Positions 9,991-19,328 are shown, numbered from the stretch's first letter. The stretch is 64,000 nucleotides of DNA from Candidatus Eiseniibacteriota bacterium (GCA_963792585.1 CAWBWI010000001.1:1664001-1728000), one strand, 5' to 3'. Notes: generated by a model not told the origin, from the sequence alone. Numbers and translations: made by a program.

Positions 9991-10599
9991 TCACGATCGT
10001 TGGTGAGCGCCCGCGAGTTCGCTCGCGCGCCCCGCGCGCGTCGCGTCGGTGACCTCGACCAGGCGGCCCGTCTTCACGTCGTAGACGTAACCGTAGATCG
10101 GGATCTCCGGTGGGACGAGCGGGTGGCGGCGGATGCGATCGACATCCTCTACCACCGACTTCTCCTGGTTCTTGATGGTCAGCCAGTTGATGAAGCGTCC
10201 TTCGTCCGATCCGCCGCCGCCACCCGGGTCCTTCCAGGCGCCGCCCTCGAGGCCCGCGGTCCGGAGACTGCTCGCCAGGAGGCCGCGAATCGTCTCGTCG
10301 TCGAAGTAGAGCATTCCGCAGTCGGAGTGATGGATGACGAACCACTCGCGCGTGCCGAGCAGCTTGTACGAGATGACGAGCGATCGGATCGCGTCGTCGC
10401 TCGCGCGGCCGCCCGCGTTGCGGATCACGTGCGCGTCGCCTTCCGCCAGCCCGGCGTACTTGGCGGGATCGAGACGAGCGTCCATGCACGTGAGGATGGC
10501 GAATTGGCGCGCCGGCGGCAGCGCGAGCTGCCCCTTGGCGCCAAACGAACTCACATAGGCGGCATTCGCTGCCAGGACTTCATGGAGGATCTTGCTCAT
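9991..10599 (-). CDS. Beta-class carbonic anhydrase, clade D (Rv1284 / COS hydrolase-like)
   Basis: Zinc ligands CMDAR and [20 protein letters not shown] motifs. Confidence 0.92.
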   Translation of the reverse strand: MSKILHEVLAANAAYVSSFGAKGQLALPPARQFAILTCMDARLDPAKYAGLAEGDAHVIRNAGGRASDDAIRSLVISYKLLGTREWFVIHHSDCGMLYFDDETIRGLLASSLRTAGLEGGAWKDPGGGGGSDEGRFINWLTIKNQEKSVVEDVDRIRRHPLVPPEIPIYGYVYDVKTGRLVEVTDATRAGRASELAGAHQRS

Positions 10600-10633
10600 G
10601 GTGTCAGTGCTCCCTGCTCCGATTCATTCGCTT

Positions 10634-10662
10634 AAAACAAAACGCCGGCCATGGGGCCGGCG
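10634..10662 (-). terminator. Intrinsic terminator in the 5' leader of the carbonic anhydrase gene (attenuator)
   Basis: Minus strand reads CGCCGGCC-CCAT-GGCCGGCG-TTTTGTTTT, about 35 nt upstream of the CA start codon. Confidence 0.85.
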
Positions 10663-10692
10663 GGTTCTCGATGAGCCTCTGGACGCTTCGCC

Positions 10693-10797
10693 CTAGATGC
10701 TAGGCGTCCTCCCGCCGGCACACCCTCGGCGACAACAACAAGCGCCCAAGCTGTTGCCATACAACACGTTGTGGGTCCGATGGGTGAGATTCAACAT
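10693..10797 (-). CDS. Cysteine-rich attenuator leader peptide (34 aa, MLNLTHRTHNVLYGNSLGACCCRRGCAGGRTPSI)
   Basis: ATG at 10797, TAG at 10695-10693; TGT TGT TGT run plus a fourth TGT; lies between the promoter and the terminator. Confidence 0.8.
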   Translation of the reverse strand: MLNLTHRTHNVLYGNSLGACCCRRGCAGGRTPSI

Positions 10798-10803
10798 GTT
10801 ATT

Positions 10804-10832
10804 AGCATAATGCTCAACATTAGTCAGGGCAA
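10804..10832 (-). promoter_or_regulatory. Sigma70-type promoter TTGCCC-N17-TATGCT driving an apparently leaderless leader peptide
   Basis: -35 at 10832-10827, -10 at 10809-10804; the ATG begins 7 nt after the -10 element, and there is no RBS. Confidence 0.7.
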
Positions 10833-10995
10833 GAGGATTCTACCGGACCCGAGAGGACGGGAAGCAACGCTGCACCGTATTGACACCCGCGCTGAGGCGA
10901 TGCAAGGATCGGTGCTCCAGTGCGAACGTCCCGGATGAACCCGAAGCAAACCCGGGATCGGTCCGGTGGACACGACCGAATGGCTCCAAGGAGGA

Positions 10996-11742
10996 ATGAT
11001 GACCTGGCACCGGATGGACCGCGGATTCTCTCTCACGTTGGGGACGTTCTCCCTGCTCCTGCTCGCCCTCGCTTGGGCCCCGATCGTTCACGCCGCGGGC
11101 GGCGGCCAGGCATCGGCCGACTTCGTGATCGGTGTACCCAGCGGGGAATTCAAGGATCAGCTGGACAAGAACGGATACGGCGCCTCGGGCCGCATCGCGT
11201 GGCGGCCGCAAGGCAGTCCCATCCTCCTCGGTGTCGAGGGCGGCTTCATGGTCCTCGGCCACGAGTCGCGTCGCGAGCCGTTCAGCACCACCATCCCCGA
11301 CGTGACAGTCGAGGTCGTGACGGACAACAATCTGGTCCAGGGCGACTTTCTGCTCCGCCTTCAGCCCTCCGGTGGCGCCGTGCGTCCCTACGCCGATGGG
11401 CTCATCGGATTCAACTACCTCTTCACCAAGACGGCGATCAAGAACGCGAGCAACGATGAAGAGGTCGCGAGTTCAACGAACTTCGACGACACGACGATCA
11501 ACTACGGCGGCGGCGGGGGTTTGATGTTCGTCGTCTACACGGGCAAGAAGGCGGAGACGCCCGGAAAGTCCGACGTGAAGAACGTCATGATCGACGTGGG
11601 GGTTCGTTACATGGCGGGCGGCGAGGCGCGCTATCTCAAGAAGGGCTCCATCCGCCGGGAAGAAGGCCGTGTCCGCTACCGCGTCAGCGAATCGAAGACC
11701 GACCTCGTCACTATCCGGATCGGCGCGGCGGTGGAGTTCTAG
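10996..11742 (+). CDS. Outer-membrane beta-barrel protein
   Basis: AGGAGG RBS, signal peptide, alternating beta-strand pattern (RPYADGLIGFNY, GGGGGLMF), C-terminal Phe (IGAAVEF). Exact start uncertain. Confidence 0.8.
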   Translation: MMTWHRMDRGFSLTLGTFSLLLLALAWAPIVHAAGGGQASADFVIGVPSGEFKDQLDKNGYGASGRIAWRPQGSPILLGVEGGFMVLGHESRREPFSTTIPDVTVEVVTDNNLVQGDFLLRLQPSGGAVRPYADGLIGFNYLFTKTAIKNASNDEEVASSTNFDDTTINYGGGGGLMFVVYTGKKAETPGKSDVKNVMIDVGVRYMAGGEARYLKKGSIRREEGRVRYRVSESKTDLVTIRIGAAVEF

Positions 11743-11837
11743 AGACCGACCGTGAGTCCCAGCGGGACGCGGCGGGACGGCCCCCGCCGCGATCCCCAAG
11801 CCCACACTACAGCCTCCTTGTAGCAACGAGAATGTGT

Positions 11838-11892
11838 TCACAATCAATTCCTCACAATCGCCTTGTCCTCAAGCAATAAAACTCCATAGGAT
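11838..11892 (+). promoter_or_regulatory. Putative promoter (TTGTCC-N18-TAGGAT) preceded by TCACAATC direct repeats
   Basis: AT-rich patch; TCACAATC at 11838-11845 and 11852-11859, directly upstream of the -35 element at 11863. Confidence 0.4.
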
Positions 11893-11955
11893 CCTCGGTT
11901 CGCTGAATACGGCCGCCGCGACGCGATTGACATGAAATCCCAAGGAGGGGCGACC

Positions 11956-12756
11956 GTGGCCAAGGAACAGGACAAGATCAGTCAAACTTTGAAGCAACTC
12001 GCCGAACAGGCGCGTTTGGATTCGATCGGCAGCATCGACTACCTCACGAACGCCAAGGCGATCGCTCTCGCCGACGGCAAGGTCCAGGATGCCATCAAGG
12101 AAGTTCTGAAACGAGACATGCGACTGACGGAGATTCGCCCCATGCGCGGCTTCGGCTCCGGCCTCATGTCCTTCCCCATCCAATTGGTATTCCGTTCGGG
12201 AACCGGTGACAGCCCGATCGATCTCGAGACCGTGTCCTTGGTCGTCACGGTGGAGATCCCCACGCGCTCGGTCAAGCGCGTCGCCGAGGCTCCCGCCGGG
12301 ATCGAGGGAGCTGCGGGGGACATCCCCTTCTCGATCGCGGCGACGGCGCACGCCCCCTATCGCGGCGCGCCGCTCACCGAACTCCAGGGCAGGACGATGC
12401 GGGAGAGCGCATTCTACGCCGGCCTCGGATTCCCCGTGGGTGCAGGTCGCCCGTCGGCGGGGCAGTGGACGATCGACGACTACAAGACCAGCGACACCCC
12501 CACGGGAACGGACACCGGGAGCACCTCCTACTCCGACGGCGTGGCCGACGACTCGGAGGTCGACGATTCGGGTTCCGACGAGCCAGTCATCGACGACCAC
12601 ATCACCGAGGGGCACCCGGGAGATCCCGGATACTGGTCGCCGTTCGATCCGGGCCGCCCTTTCGGAGGCGATCTCCCCCGACCCGGCGACCGTCCGGGTG
12701 TCGGCCCGCGACCGGATCCGCGAGGAGGCACTGCCCGCAAGCGGTCCGGACGATGA
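11956..12756 (+). CDS. Putative large graspetide (omega-ester RiPP) precursor / ATP-grasp substrate protein
   Basis: AAGGAGGGG RBS before GTG 11956 (alternative ATG 11932); internal TIDDYKTSDTPTGTDTGSTSYSDGVADDSEVDDSGSDEPVIDD segment; stop overlaps the ATP-grasp start (ATGA). Confidence 0.7.
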   Translation: MAKEQDKISQTLKQLAEQARLDSIGSIDYLTNAKAIALADGKVQDAIKEVLKRDMRLTEIRPMRGFGSGLMSFPIQLVFRSGTGDSPIDLETVSLVVTVEIPTRSVKRVAEAPAGIEGAAGDIPFSIAATAHAPYRGAPLTELQGRTMRESAFYAGLGFPVGAGRPSAGQWTIDDYKTSDTPTGTDTGSTSYSDGVADDSEVDDSGSDEPVIDDHITEGHPGDPGYWSPFDPGRPFGGDLPRPGDRPGVGPRPDPRGGTARKRSGR

Positions 12757-13679
12757 TTCTCCTGATCGCGGAGCCGCAGGATGTCCACGCACGCGTGGTG
12801 GCGCGCCGCCTCGAGCTGCGCGGTGTCTCTCATGCGATCGTGAACTCAGCCGATTTTCCACAGCGCCTGAGGATCTCCGCGCGCTATGCGGATGGCCGCT
12901 TCGCGATCCGCATGGCGAACGGCTCCCCCATCGTCCAGGACGAGGAGATCCAGGGCGTCTGGTTGCGCCGATTCCACGCGCACGACATCTCGACGGCGAT
13001 CTCTGACGAGGCGGTTGCCGCATTCGCCTATCGGGAGGCGCGCGAGCTGTTCCTTGGCTGGACGGCCAGCGTGCGCAATGTCATCAATCCTCGCAGCGAG
13101 GAGTGGCGGGCGGAGCTGAAGCCGTTCCAGCTCTTCGCTGCGCAGGAAGTCGGCCTGCGAATCCCGCGAACCCTGGTCTCGAACGACCCGGCCGAGATCC
13201 ACGCGTTCGCCGACTCGCTCGGCGGCGAGGCGATCTTCAAGGTCCTCTCGGCGACACCGTTCCAGTTCACGGCAACTACGGTCCTCGAGGAACGTCATCT
13301 GGCGATGCTCGATGCCGCGCCCCTCGCGCCCACGATATTCCAGGAACGGATCCGGGCCGACCGGCACCTGCGCGTGACGGTGGTGGACGACCATGTCTTC
13401 ACGGCGGCGATCGAGCCGGTCCGCGAGGAGGGGATGCTCGACTGGAGGCTGGATCGCGACCCGAAGATGGAACCCTACGACCTACCCGAATCGATCGAGC
13501 AGGGCGTGCTGGCGTTGCGCCGCCGGCTCGGATTGCGGTTTGGGGCGATCGACATGATCCTCGACACCAAGGGCGAGTACGTATTCCTGGAGATCAACCC
13601 GGGCGGGCAGTGGCTCTTCGCCGAGATTCATGCGGGGCTGCCGATCTCGGACGCGATCGCGGATGCGCTGATCGGGTAG
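12753..13679 (+). CDS. MvdC/MvdD-family ATP-grasp ribosomal peptide maturase (graspetide synthetase)
   Basis: MILLI..P.D.HA..V, DFP, VWLRR, KPFQL..A..VGLRIPRTLVSNDP, IFQERI, RVTVV, DWR, FGAIDMI, FLEINPGGQWLF. Confidence 0.9.
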   Translation: MILLIAEPQDVHARVVARRLELRGVSHAIVNSADFPQRLRISARYADGRFAIRMANGSPIVQDEEIQGVWLRRFHAHDISTAISDEAVAAFAYREARELFLGWTASVRNVINPRSEEWRAELKPFQLFAAQEVGLRIPRTLVSNDPAEIHAFADSLGGEAIFKVLSATPFQFTATTVLEERHLAMLDAAPLAPTIFQERIRADRHLRVTVVDDHVFTAAIEPVREEGMLDWRLDRDPKMEPYDLPESIEQGVLALRRRLGLRFGAIDMILDTKGEYVFLEINPGGQWLFAEIHAGLPISDAIADALIG

Positions 13680-13802
13680 GCGGAACGGGACGTGGCCGCC
13701 CGTTCCCGCCGCGGAGATCCCCTGGCGGATCTGCCTGGTGCGCTCCTCGCCCCTCTGCGTTAGCCTCCCCGGAGAGCCGGCAACCCACTCCGAGGAGGAC
13801 CC

Positions 13803-15791
13803 ATGCCGCACCCCCCACAGCCCGATTTCACGAAGCTCCCGATCGATCGCGAGGATGTATGGCAAGGCGGGATGTTCCGCTTTCCCTCCTGGGTCGAGCC
13901 CCGGGGGGATCGTGCCCCCTTCCGACCCTGGCTTGCCATCTGGTGCAGCGGCGTGACCGGGCATGCGTTTTCGCCAAAGCTCGGCGAGGATCCGGCCAGA
14001 GACGCCGGTCTCCTCATCGGTGCGCTCCGGGAGACGTTTCGCAAGGCCGGCAGGGAGGCGTCCCTCCCCGCCCGACTTCAAGTGAGCGATCCTGAAGACG
14101 CAGCGATCGTTCGCGCGGCGGTCGAGGGTACCGGCGTCATCGTCGAGGTCGCCGATCGACTGGAAGCCTTCACGGAGTTCCGGGACGAGATGCGGAAGCA
14201 TGCTCGGCAGGATCAGACGATCGATCCCCTCACCGACGATCCGGAGATCAGCGTGGAGCAGGTGCGCTCATTCGCGGAGGCGGCGGCCGCCTTCTACCTC
14301 TACGAGCCCTGGGATCATTTCGACCAGGACGACCTCATCGAAATCGAGTGCGACCTTGCCGACGCGAAGCTCCGCCTGGCCACGGTCATGGGATCCGGAA
14401 ACGAGGAGTTCGGGATCTTCTTCATGGAATCGCAGGAGCAGTACGATTCAATCCTCTCGGGCACAGAGAGTGATGGAAGGATCGTCCGTCTGGGCGGAGA
14501 TTGGGGCGTCACCTTCTGCCCCCCCTACGAGATCCCCGTCGCGGAGCATGATCTCTGGGAAGACCACGGACTCCCTCTGGCGGACGCCGACGCGTACCCT
14601 TGCCCCGTGAGGATCGGCCCGAGCCGGCGGGTCGGGCGCCCCAACGCTCGCCAGCTTGCCTATTTCGAGGGACTGATGCGCGCTCTGACGCAGTCGACCG
14701 AGGACGAGATGGATTCCGGGCGATGGGAGAAGACGGTCTCCACGAGTTCGGGGATGACTACGATCCGGCTGCGTCTCCCGGGCGTCTTGGCGGACGAGGC
14801 CGGCGATCCCGCCGCGCAGTCAGGTCTGCGAACGGACCGCCGTGGTATCGAGAAGGGGATCTCGGAGATCCAGCGTTTCATGGCCACGCAGAATTTCAGC
14901 AACATCGAGGAGGCGGAGGCCGCGATCCAGTCGCGGTTCCTCGGTCGCTCGATCGACAGTTTCCCGTCCACCGCAGCCACACCACTCGAACGGGCGCAGG
15001 AGATCATGTACGACGCATTCGAGGCCCGTGGCCGGACAAGGATCAAGCTCGCTCGCCGGGCCTTGGCGATCTCGCCCGACTGCGCGGACGCATACGGCTT
15101 GCTTGCCGCGCGCACGAACAACTTGGACAAGGCGCGGGATCTCCTGAAGGAGGCGGTCGCGGCCGGCGAGCGCGCGGTCCGATCCCTCGGCATCGATGCC
15201 GGAGAGATCGCATGGGGCGATATCCGGTGTCGGCCCTACCTTCGCGCCCGCTTCGCGCTTGCGGGGGTTCTCAGAGGATTCGGAGAAGTCGAAGACGCGT
15301 TGCGGGAGTTCGTCGAGATTCTGCGAACGGACCCGGACGATCATCAGGGGGTCCGGTACGAACTGCTGACGTTGCTGCTCGAGCTCAAGAAGGACCGTGA
15401 GGCTCACGCTCTTCTCGAGCAATTCCCGGACGAGGGCGGCGCGCTGTGGCCTTACGCGCGCGCACTGCTCGCCTACAGACAGGAAGGCGGAAGCGCCGAG
15501 GCAGATCGACTGGCCGATCGCGCCCTGAAGGCGAACCCCTTCATGTGGAAGTTCCTCGCCGGGACTCAAGATCCGCCGTTCGACGTGCCGGAGGCCTATC
15601 GGCCGGGCAGCCGGGAGGAAGCGATCGTCTTCGCCGAGGATCTCGCGCCGATCTGGCAGGACACGCCGGGAGCGGCAGAGTGGATCCGGTCGCGGGGACG
15701 GAGTCGATCGAAGGAGAAGGCCGGCGGCGGGAAGTCCGGCGCCGGTGGGCGTGGGAAACCGAAAGGGCCAAAGAAGCAGAAGCCACGCTGA
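13803..15791 (+). CDS. Hypothetical protein with C-terminal TPR/ST7-like region (DUF7309/DUF6930-like N-terminus)
   Basis: GAGGAGG RBS; PW..F..DDLIEI...VMG..E.FG region, then AQEIMYDA...ALAISPDCADAY...RPYLRAR...DPDDHQGVRY. Confidence 0.8.
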   Translation: MPHPPQPDFTKLPIDREDVWQGGMFRFPSWVEPRGDRAPFRPWLAIWCSGVTGHAFSPKLGEDPARDAGLLIGALRETFRKAGREASLPARLQVSDPEDAAIVRAAVEGTGVIVEVADRLEAFTEFRDEMRKHARQDQTIDPLTDDPEISVEQVRSFAEAAAAFYLYEPWDHFDQDDLIEIECDLADAKLRLATVMGSGNEEFGIFFMESQEQYDSILSGTESDGRIVRLGGDWGVTFCPPYEIPVAEHDLWEDHGLPLADADAYPCPVRIGPSRRVGRPNARQLAYFEGLMRALTQSTEDEMDSGRWEKTVSTSSGMTTIRLRLPGVLADEAGDPAAQSGLRTDRRGIEKGISEIQRFMATQNFSNIEEAEAAIQSRFLGRSIDSFPSTAATPLERAQEIMYDAFEARGRTRIKLARRALAISPDCADAYGLLAARTNNLDKARDLLKEAVAAGERAVRSLGIDAGEIAWGDIRCRPYLRARFALAGVLRGFGEVEDALREFVEILRTDPDDHQGVRYELLTLLLELKKDREAHALLEQFPDEGGALWPYARALLAYRQEGGSAEADRLADRALKANPFMWKFLAGTQDPPFDVPEAYRPGSREEAIVFAEDLAPIWQDTPGAAEWIRSRGRSRSKEKAGGGKSGAGGRGKPKGPKKQKPR

Positions 15792-15899
15792 ACCGCTCGA
15801 TCCGGCTTCCGGGTTTACGAGAGATTCGTTTCGCGGGGCAACCGACGCCGCTCACAGGTGCATGAAGGAATCATCCTCCGCCGAGGTGATGCTGGAGTC

Positions 15900-18800
15900 C
15901 TAGACAGGCGTATCCCCGCCAGCGACCAATCCCCGAAGCCTCTCCACCTCGCGTCTGGCGTACGGCGACTGGCAATTGGCGACGATCGAGGCGTAAGCGG
16001 CAAGCGTCTCCCGCGCCTCATCCGGCCGGCCGAGGGCGAGGAGAGTCTCGACGTGGTCCGGTCCGACAAAGAGATGAACCACCGTCGATTCCGACCTTCC
16101 CAGCATCGCGAGGGTCTCATCGATCAGACGCAGGGCCTTGTCGAACCGGCCTTGCCGGATCCGGATGTGGGCCATGCAACGCCAGGCCTCCCCCTTCATG
16201 TGCGTCAGGTCGAGGGCCTCGGCGCGCTCGATTCCCTGGAGACCGACCACCTCCGCCTCCTCCAGATGGCCGAGCTCGGCTAGGGCCCAACCGAGGTAGC
16301 AGACCAAGAGGCAGCCGAGACGGCGCTCGTCCAGGGCGTTGGCGAGCGTGATCCCTTCACGGAATTCACGCTCCGCACGATCCAGGTCCCCCAGCATACC
16401 CGCGCACAGCCCCGCGTACATGTACGACCATGCCAGTCGCTCGCGCGAGTGCATCCGCCGAGCGATCTCGCGTTCCCGATCGGCGTAGACGAGTCCTTCC
16501 TTCCACTCGCCCGTGCTGACCGCATCTTCTCCCAGGAACTCGTAGCCGACCGCGATGGCGAGAGGGATCCCGAACTTCTCCCCGAAGGCGATCACAGTGC
16601 GCGCCCAGCGGTCGGCGTCGTCGAAGAGGCCGAGGTGCTGATGTGCGCCGGCGAGATATGCGTAAAGCGGGATCAATGCGGCCGCCTGAGGGGAGCCGAT
16701 CTGCGTCTGATCGGGCGCCGGCGCGGCCAGGGCGGCCGCCTGCTCCATCAACTCGATCGCCTTGCGATGACGTCCGGCGAGGTGGTGGAAGCGGCCCGCG
16801 ACGGTCATCGCATAGGCGACCTCGAACGGCTCCGTCTTGGGATCGAGCAACTCGAGCGCCTGCTGGACGTAAACGAGCCCCCGGGGATCGGCGTTCGTCA
16901 CGAGCGCGCTCGCGGCCAGCGACTGCAGCCGAGCCCGGTGCAGCGGTTCGGTCGCGAGCGCGAGCGCCCGCTCGAAGTGCTCGCATGAGCCCACGAACTC
17001 GCCACGCAGCATGAACGCCCGTCCGATCGATTCTTCCAGCGCGACCTGCTCCGCGGGCAAACGGAGCGCCTCGGCGCACTCGAGCGCTCGGGTGTAGGCC
17101 GCGATCGCCTCGTCGTACGCGAAGACCTGCTCGGCTGCGGCCGCGGCCTCCTTCGCGAACGCGAGTCCCCGTTCATGATCGCCCGCCTGGATGAAGTGGT
17201 GCGCAAGCGTTTCCGCCGGCACAACGGCGCGTCGGCGGAGGAGCTCGAGCCCCTCCGCGATCCGGAGGTGGAGTCGGCGGCGACGGACCGGGTTCATCTC
17301 CTCGTAGAGGACCTCTCGGATCTTGTCGTGTGTGAAAGCGAAGGAATCGCCGCGTTCCGCGGCGATCAGTTGCGCGGCCGCCGCCTCATCGAGCGCGTCG
17401 AGGATTGCGTCCTCGCCGCGGTCGCCGGCGGCAATCACGAGCTTCTCGAAATCGAAGATCTTCCCAAGGACGGAGGCGGCGCGGAGGATCTCGTTGCACT
17501 CGGGGCGCACACGGTCGAGGCGATTGCCGATCGCGGCCTTCATGCTCTGCGGGATCGACAGCTCGGTGATCTCGCTGCGCGTCCACTCCCCACCTTCGCG
17601 CCGGACGGACCCCTGTTCGATCAGCGACTTCAGGACTTCCTCGACGAAGAACGGGTTTCCCTCGGTCTCCTTCTGAACCGCCTCCGCGAACTCGAGGCTC
17701 ACGTCCTCCCCCAGGAGCGCTCCGAGCTGCGCCCGCGTCTCCTCGACCGCAAAGCGGCGCAGGGCGATTCGGGTCGTGAGGCGTTCTCGATTCCAGTCGA
17801 CCAACGCCTTCCCGAGCGGGTGGGCCCTGTCGAGATCCGTCTCGCGGTACGACGCGGCAACGAGGAGCCGCTCCTCCCTGAGGTTCCGCATGAGATGTCC
17901 CAGGAGCCAGAGGGTGCTGGCGTCGGCCCAGTGAAGATCGTCGATGTAGAAGAGCAGGCCGCGACGCAGCGACAGCTCGCGCAGGGTCTGCGCGACCGCG
18001 TCGAAGAACAGGAGGCGCTCTTCTTGCGGCGACAGCTGGGGCCGGTCCGGGAACGGACCGAGGCGGGTTTCCAGCTCGGGAGCGAGCTTTGCGATCTGGG
18101 GCGCGTTCTCCCCGAGGAGCGCGCGCAGGGTCCCGTCGTTCGCAGTCTCACGCACCCAGCGGCGGAAGGCTTCGACGAACGGCAGATACGGGGTCGTTGC
18201 CTCGTACTCGTAGCAGCCCCCGGCCATGACGATCGCGCCGTCGAGTGCTCCCTGGATCTGGAGTTCCCGGGCGAGCCGGGTCTTTCCCGCACCGGGCTCT
18301 CCGCTCACGAGAACGCAGTGGCCGCGCCGGTCGAGCGCCCGCCTCCAAAGATCCCGCGCTTCGGACAACTCGCGGGAGCGTCCGACGAGACGACCTCGCG
18401 AAAGGGCGTCCAGAAGCGCCACGGCGCCGGTATCCCCCGTCGTCGCGACGGCCGGAGCGGCGAGCGCATCCCGCAGCGCGGCCGCAGTCTCGGCGGCGGT
18501 CGCGAAGCGCTGCTCGGGATTCTTGGCGAGGAGGCGCAGGATGACACTCTCGATCGTCACCGGCAGGTCGGGCCGGATCACGCGGGGTGGGACGACGGGC
18601 GCGTGAACGTGCTGCGAGATGACGGCGAGCGGATCGTCGCCCGTGAATGGAAGACGTCCCGTGGTCAGCTCATAGAGGACGACACCCAAGGCGTAGAGGT
18701 CGGCGCGACCGTCGATGGAACGCCCCAGCGCCTGTTCGGGAGCCATGTACCCCACACTGCCCGCGATCCCTTCGGCATGGGTCAGGGAGGAATCGCGCAC

Positions 18801-19328
18801 GGGCATCGCAATCCCAAGGTCGGCGAGCTTGATGTTCGTGCGCCCGTCACCCTCGACGAGAAGTACGTTCTCCGGCTTCAGATCGCGGTGTACCAGATGG
18901 TGGCTGTGGGCATGCTCGAGCGCTTCGCAGACCTGGCAGCCGATGTCGACGATCCCCGAAAGGTCCTGCGGCGCAACCTGGCGGAGGGTCCTCCCGAGCA
19001 CGAGCTCCATCACGAAGAATGGCACGCCATGCTCCTCACCGACGTCGTGCACCGCCACCACGCGCGGGTGGTTCAGCGCCGCAGCCGCGCGGGCCTCACT
19101 CAGGAGACGGCCGCGCGCGTTGGGACTCGAGGCCGTCTCGGGGAGCACTTTGATCGCCACCTCCCGCTTCAGCTCGAGATCGGTGGCACGGAAGACGATG
19201 CCCATCCCCCCTCGCCCGAGTTCCGAGTCGAGGCGGTAGCGCCCGCGCAATACGACCCCCGGGACGAGGCGGATTCCGGCGATCGCTCTTGAATCGGTGA
19301 CGCGGGTCTCTTCGGGATCGGGATTCAT
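15900..19328 (-). CDS. Ser/Thr protein kinase-AAA(STAND)-ATPase-TPR protein
   Basis: GRGGMG, VAIK, HRDLKPEN, DLG, YMAPE; Walker A GEPGAGKT; DDLHWAD; GNPFFVEE; FTHDKIRE; TPR tail. Confidence 0.93.
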   Translation of the reverse strand: MNPDPEETRVTDSRAIAGIRLVPGVVLRGRYRLDSELGRGGMGIVFRATDLELKREVAIKVLPETASSPNARGRLLSEARAAAALNHPRVVAVHDVGEEHGVPFFVMELVLGRTLRQVAPQDLSGIVDIGCQVCEALEHAHSHHLVHRDLKPENVLLVEGDGRTNIKLADLGIAMPVRDSSLTHAEGIAGSVGYMAPEQALGRSIDGRADLYALGVVLYELTTGRLPFTGDDPLAVISQHVHAPVVPPRVIRPDLPVTIESVILRLLAKNPEQRFATAAETAAALRDALAAPAVATTGDTGAVALLDALSRGRLVGRSRELSEARDLWRRALDRRGHCVLVSGEPGAGKTRLARELQIQGALDGAIVMAGGCYEYEATTPYLPFVEAFRRWVRETANDGTLRALLGENAPQIAKLAPELETRLGPFPDRPQLSPQEERLLFFDAVAQTLRELSLRRGLLFYIDDLHWADASTLWLLGHLMRNLREERLLVAASYRETDLDRAHPLGKALVDWNRERLTTRIALRRFAVEETRAQLGALLGEDVSLEFAEAVQKETEGNPFFVEEVLKSLIEQGSVRREGGEWTRSEITELSIPQSMKAAIGNRLDRVRPECNEILRAASVLGKIFDFEKLVIAAGDRGEDAILDALDEAAAAQLIAAERGDSFAFTHDKIREVLYEEMNPVRRRRLHLRIAEGLELLRRRAVVPAETLAHHFIQAGDHERGLAFAKEAAAAAEQVFAYDEAIAAYTRALECAEALRLPAEQVALEESIGRAFMLRGEFVGSCEHFERALALATEPLHRARLQSLAASALVTNADPRGLVYVQQALELLDPKTEPFEVAYAMTVAGRFHHLAGRHRKAIELMEQAAALAAPAPDQTQIGSPQAAALIPLYAYLAGAHQHLGLFDDADRWARTVIAFGEKFGIPLAIAVGYEFLGEDAVSTGEWKEGLVYADREREIARRMHSRERLAWSYMYAGLCAGMLGDLDRAEREFREGITLANALDERRLGCLLVCYLGWALAELGHLEEAEVVGLQGIERAEALDLTHMKGEAWRCMAHIRIRQGRFDKALRLIDETLAMLGRSESTVVHLFVGPDHVETLLALGRPDEARETLAAYASIVANCQSPYARREVERLRGLVAGGDTPV

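Noticed and set aside
12753..13679. RimK/LysX housekeeping ligase
   Set aside because: The DFP, VWLRR, DWR and NPxGQWLF motifs fit peptide-maturase ATP-grasps better, and a T/S-D/E-rich coupled gene is adjacent.
15900..19328. Avs-type antiphage STAND system
   Set aside because: The architecture matches widespread regulatory kinase-AAA-TPR proteins, and there is no defence-island context.
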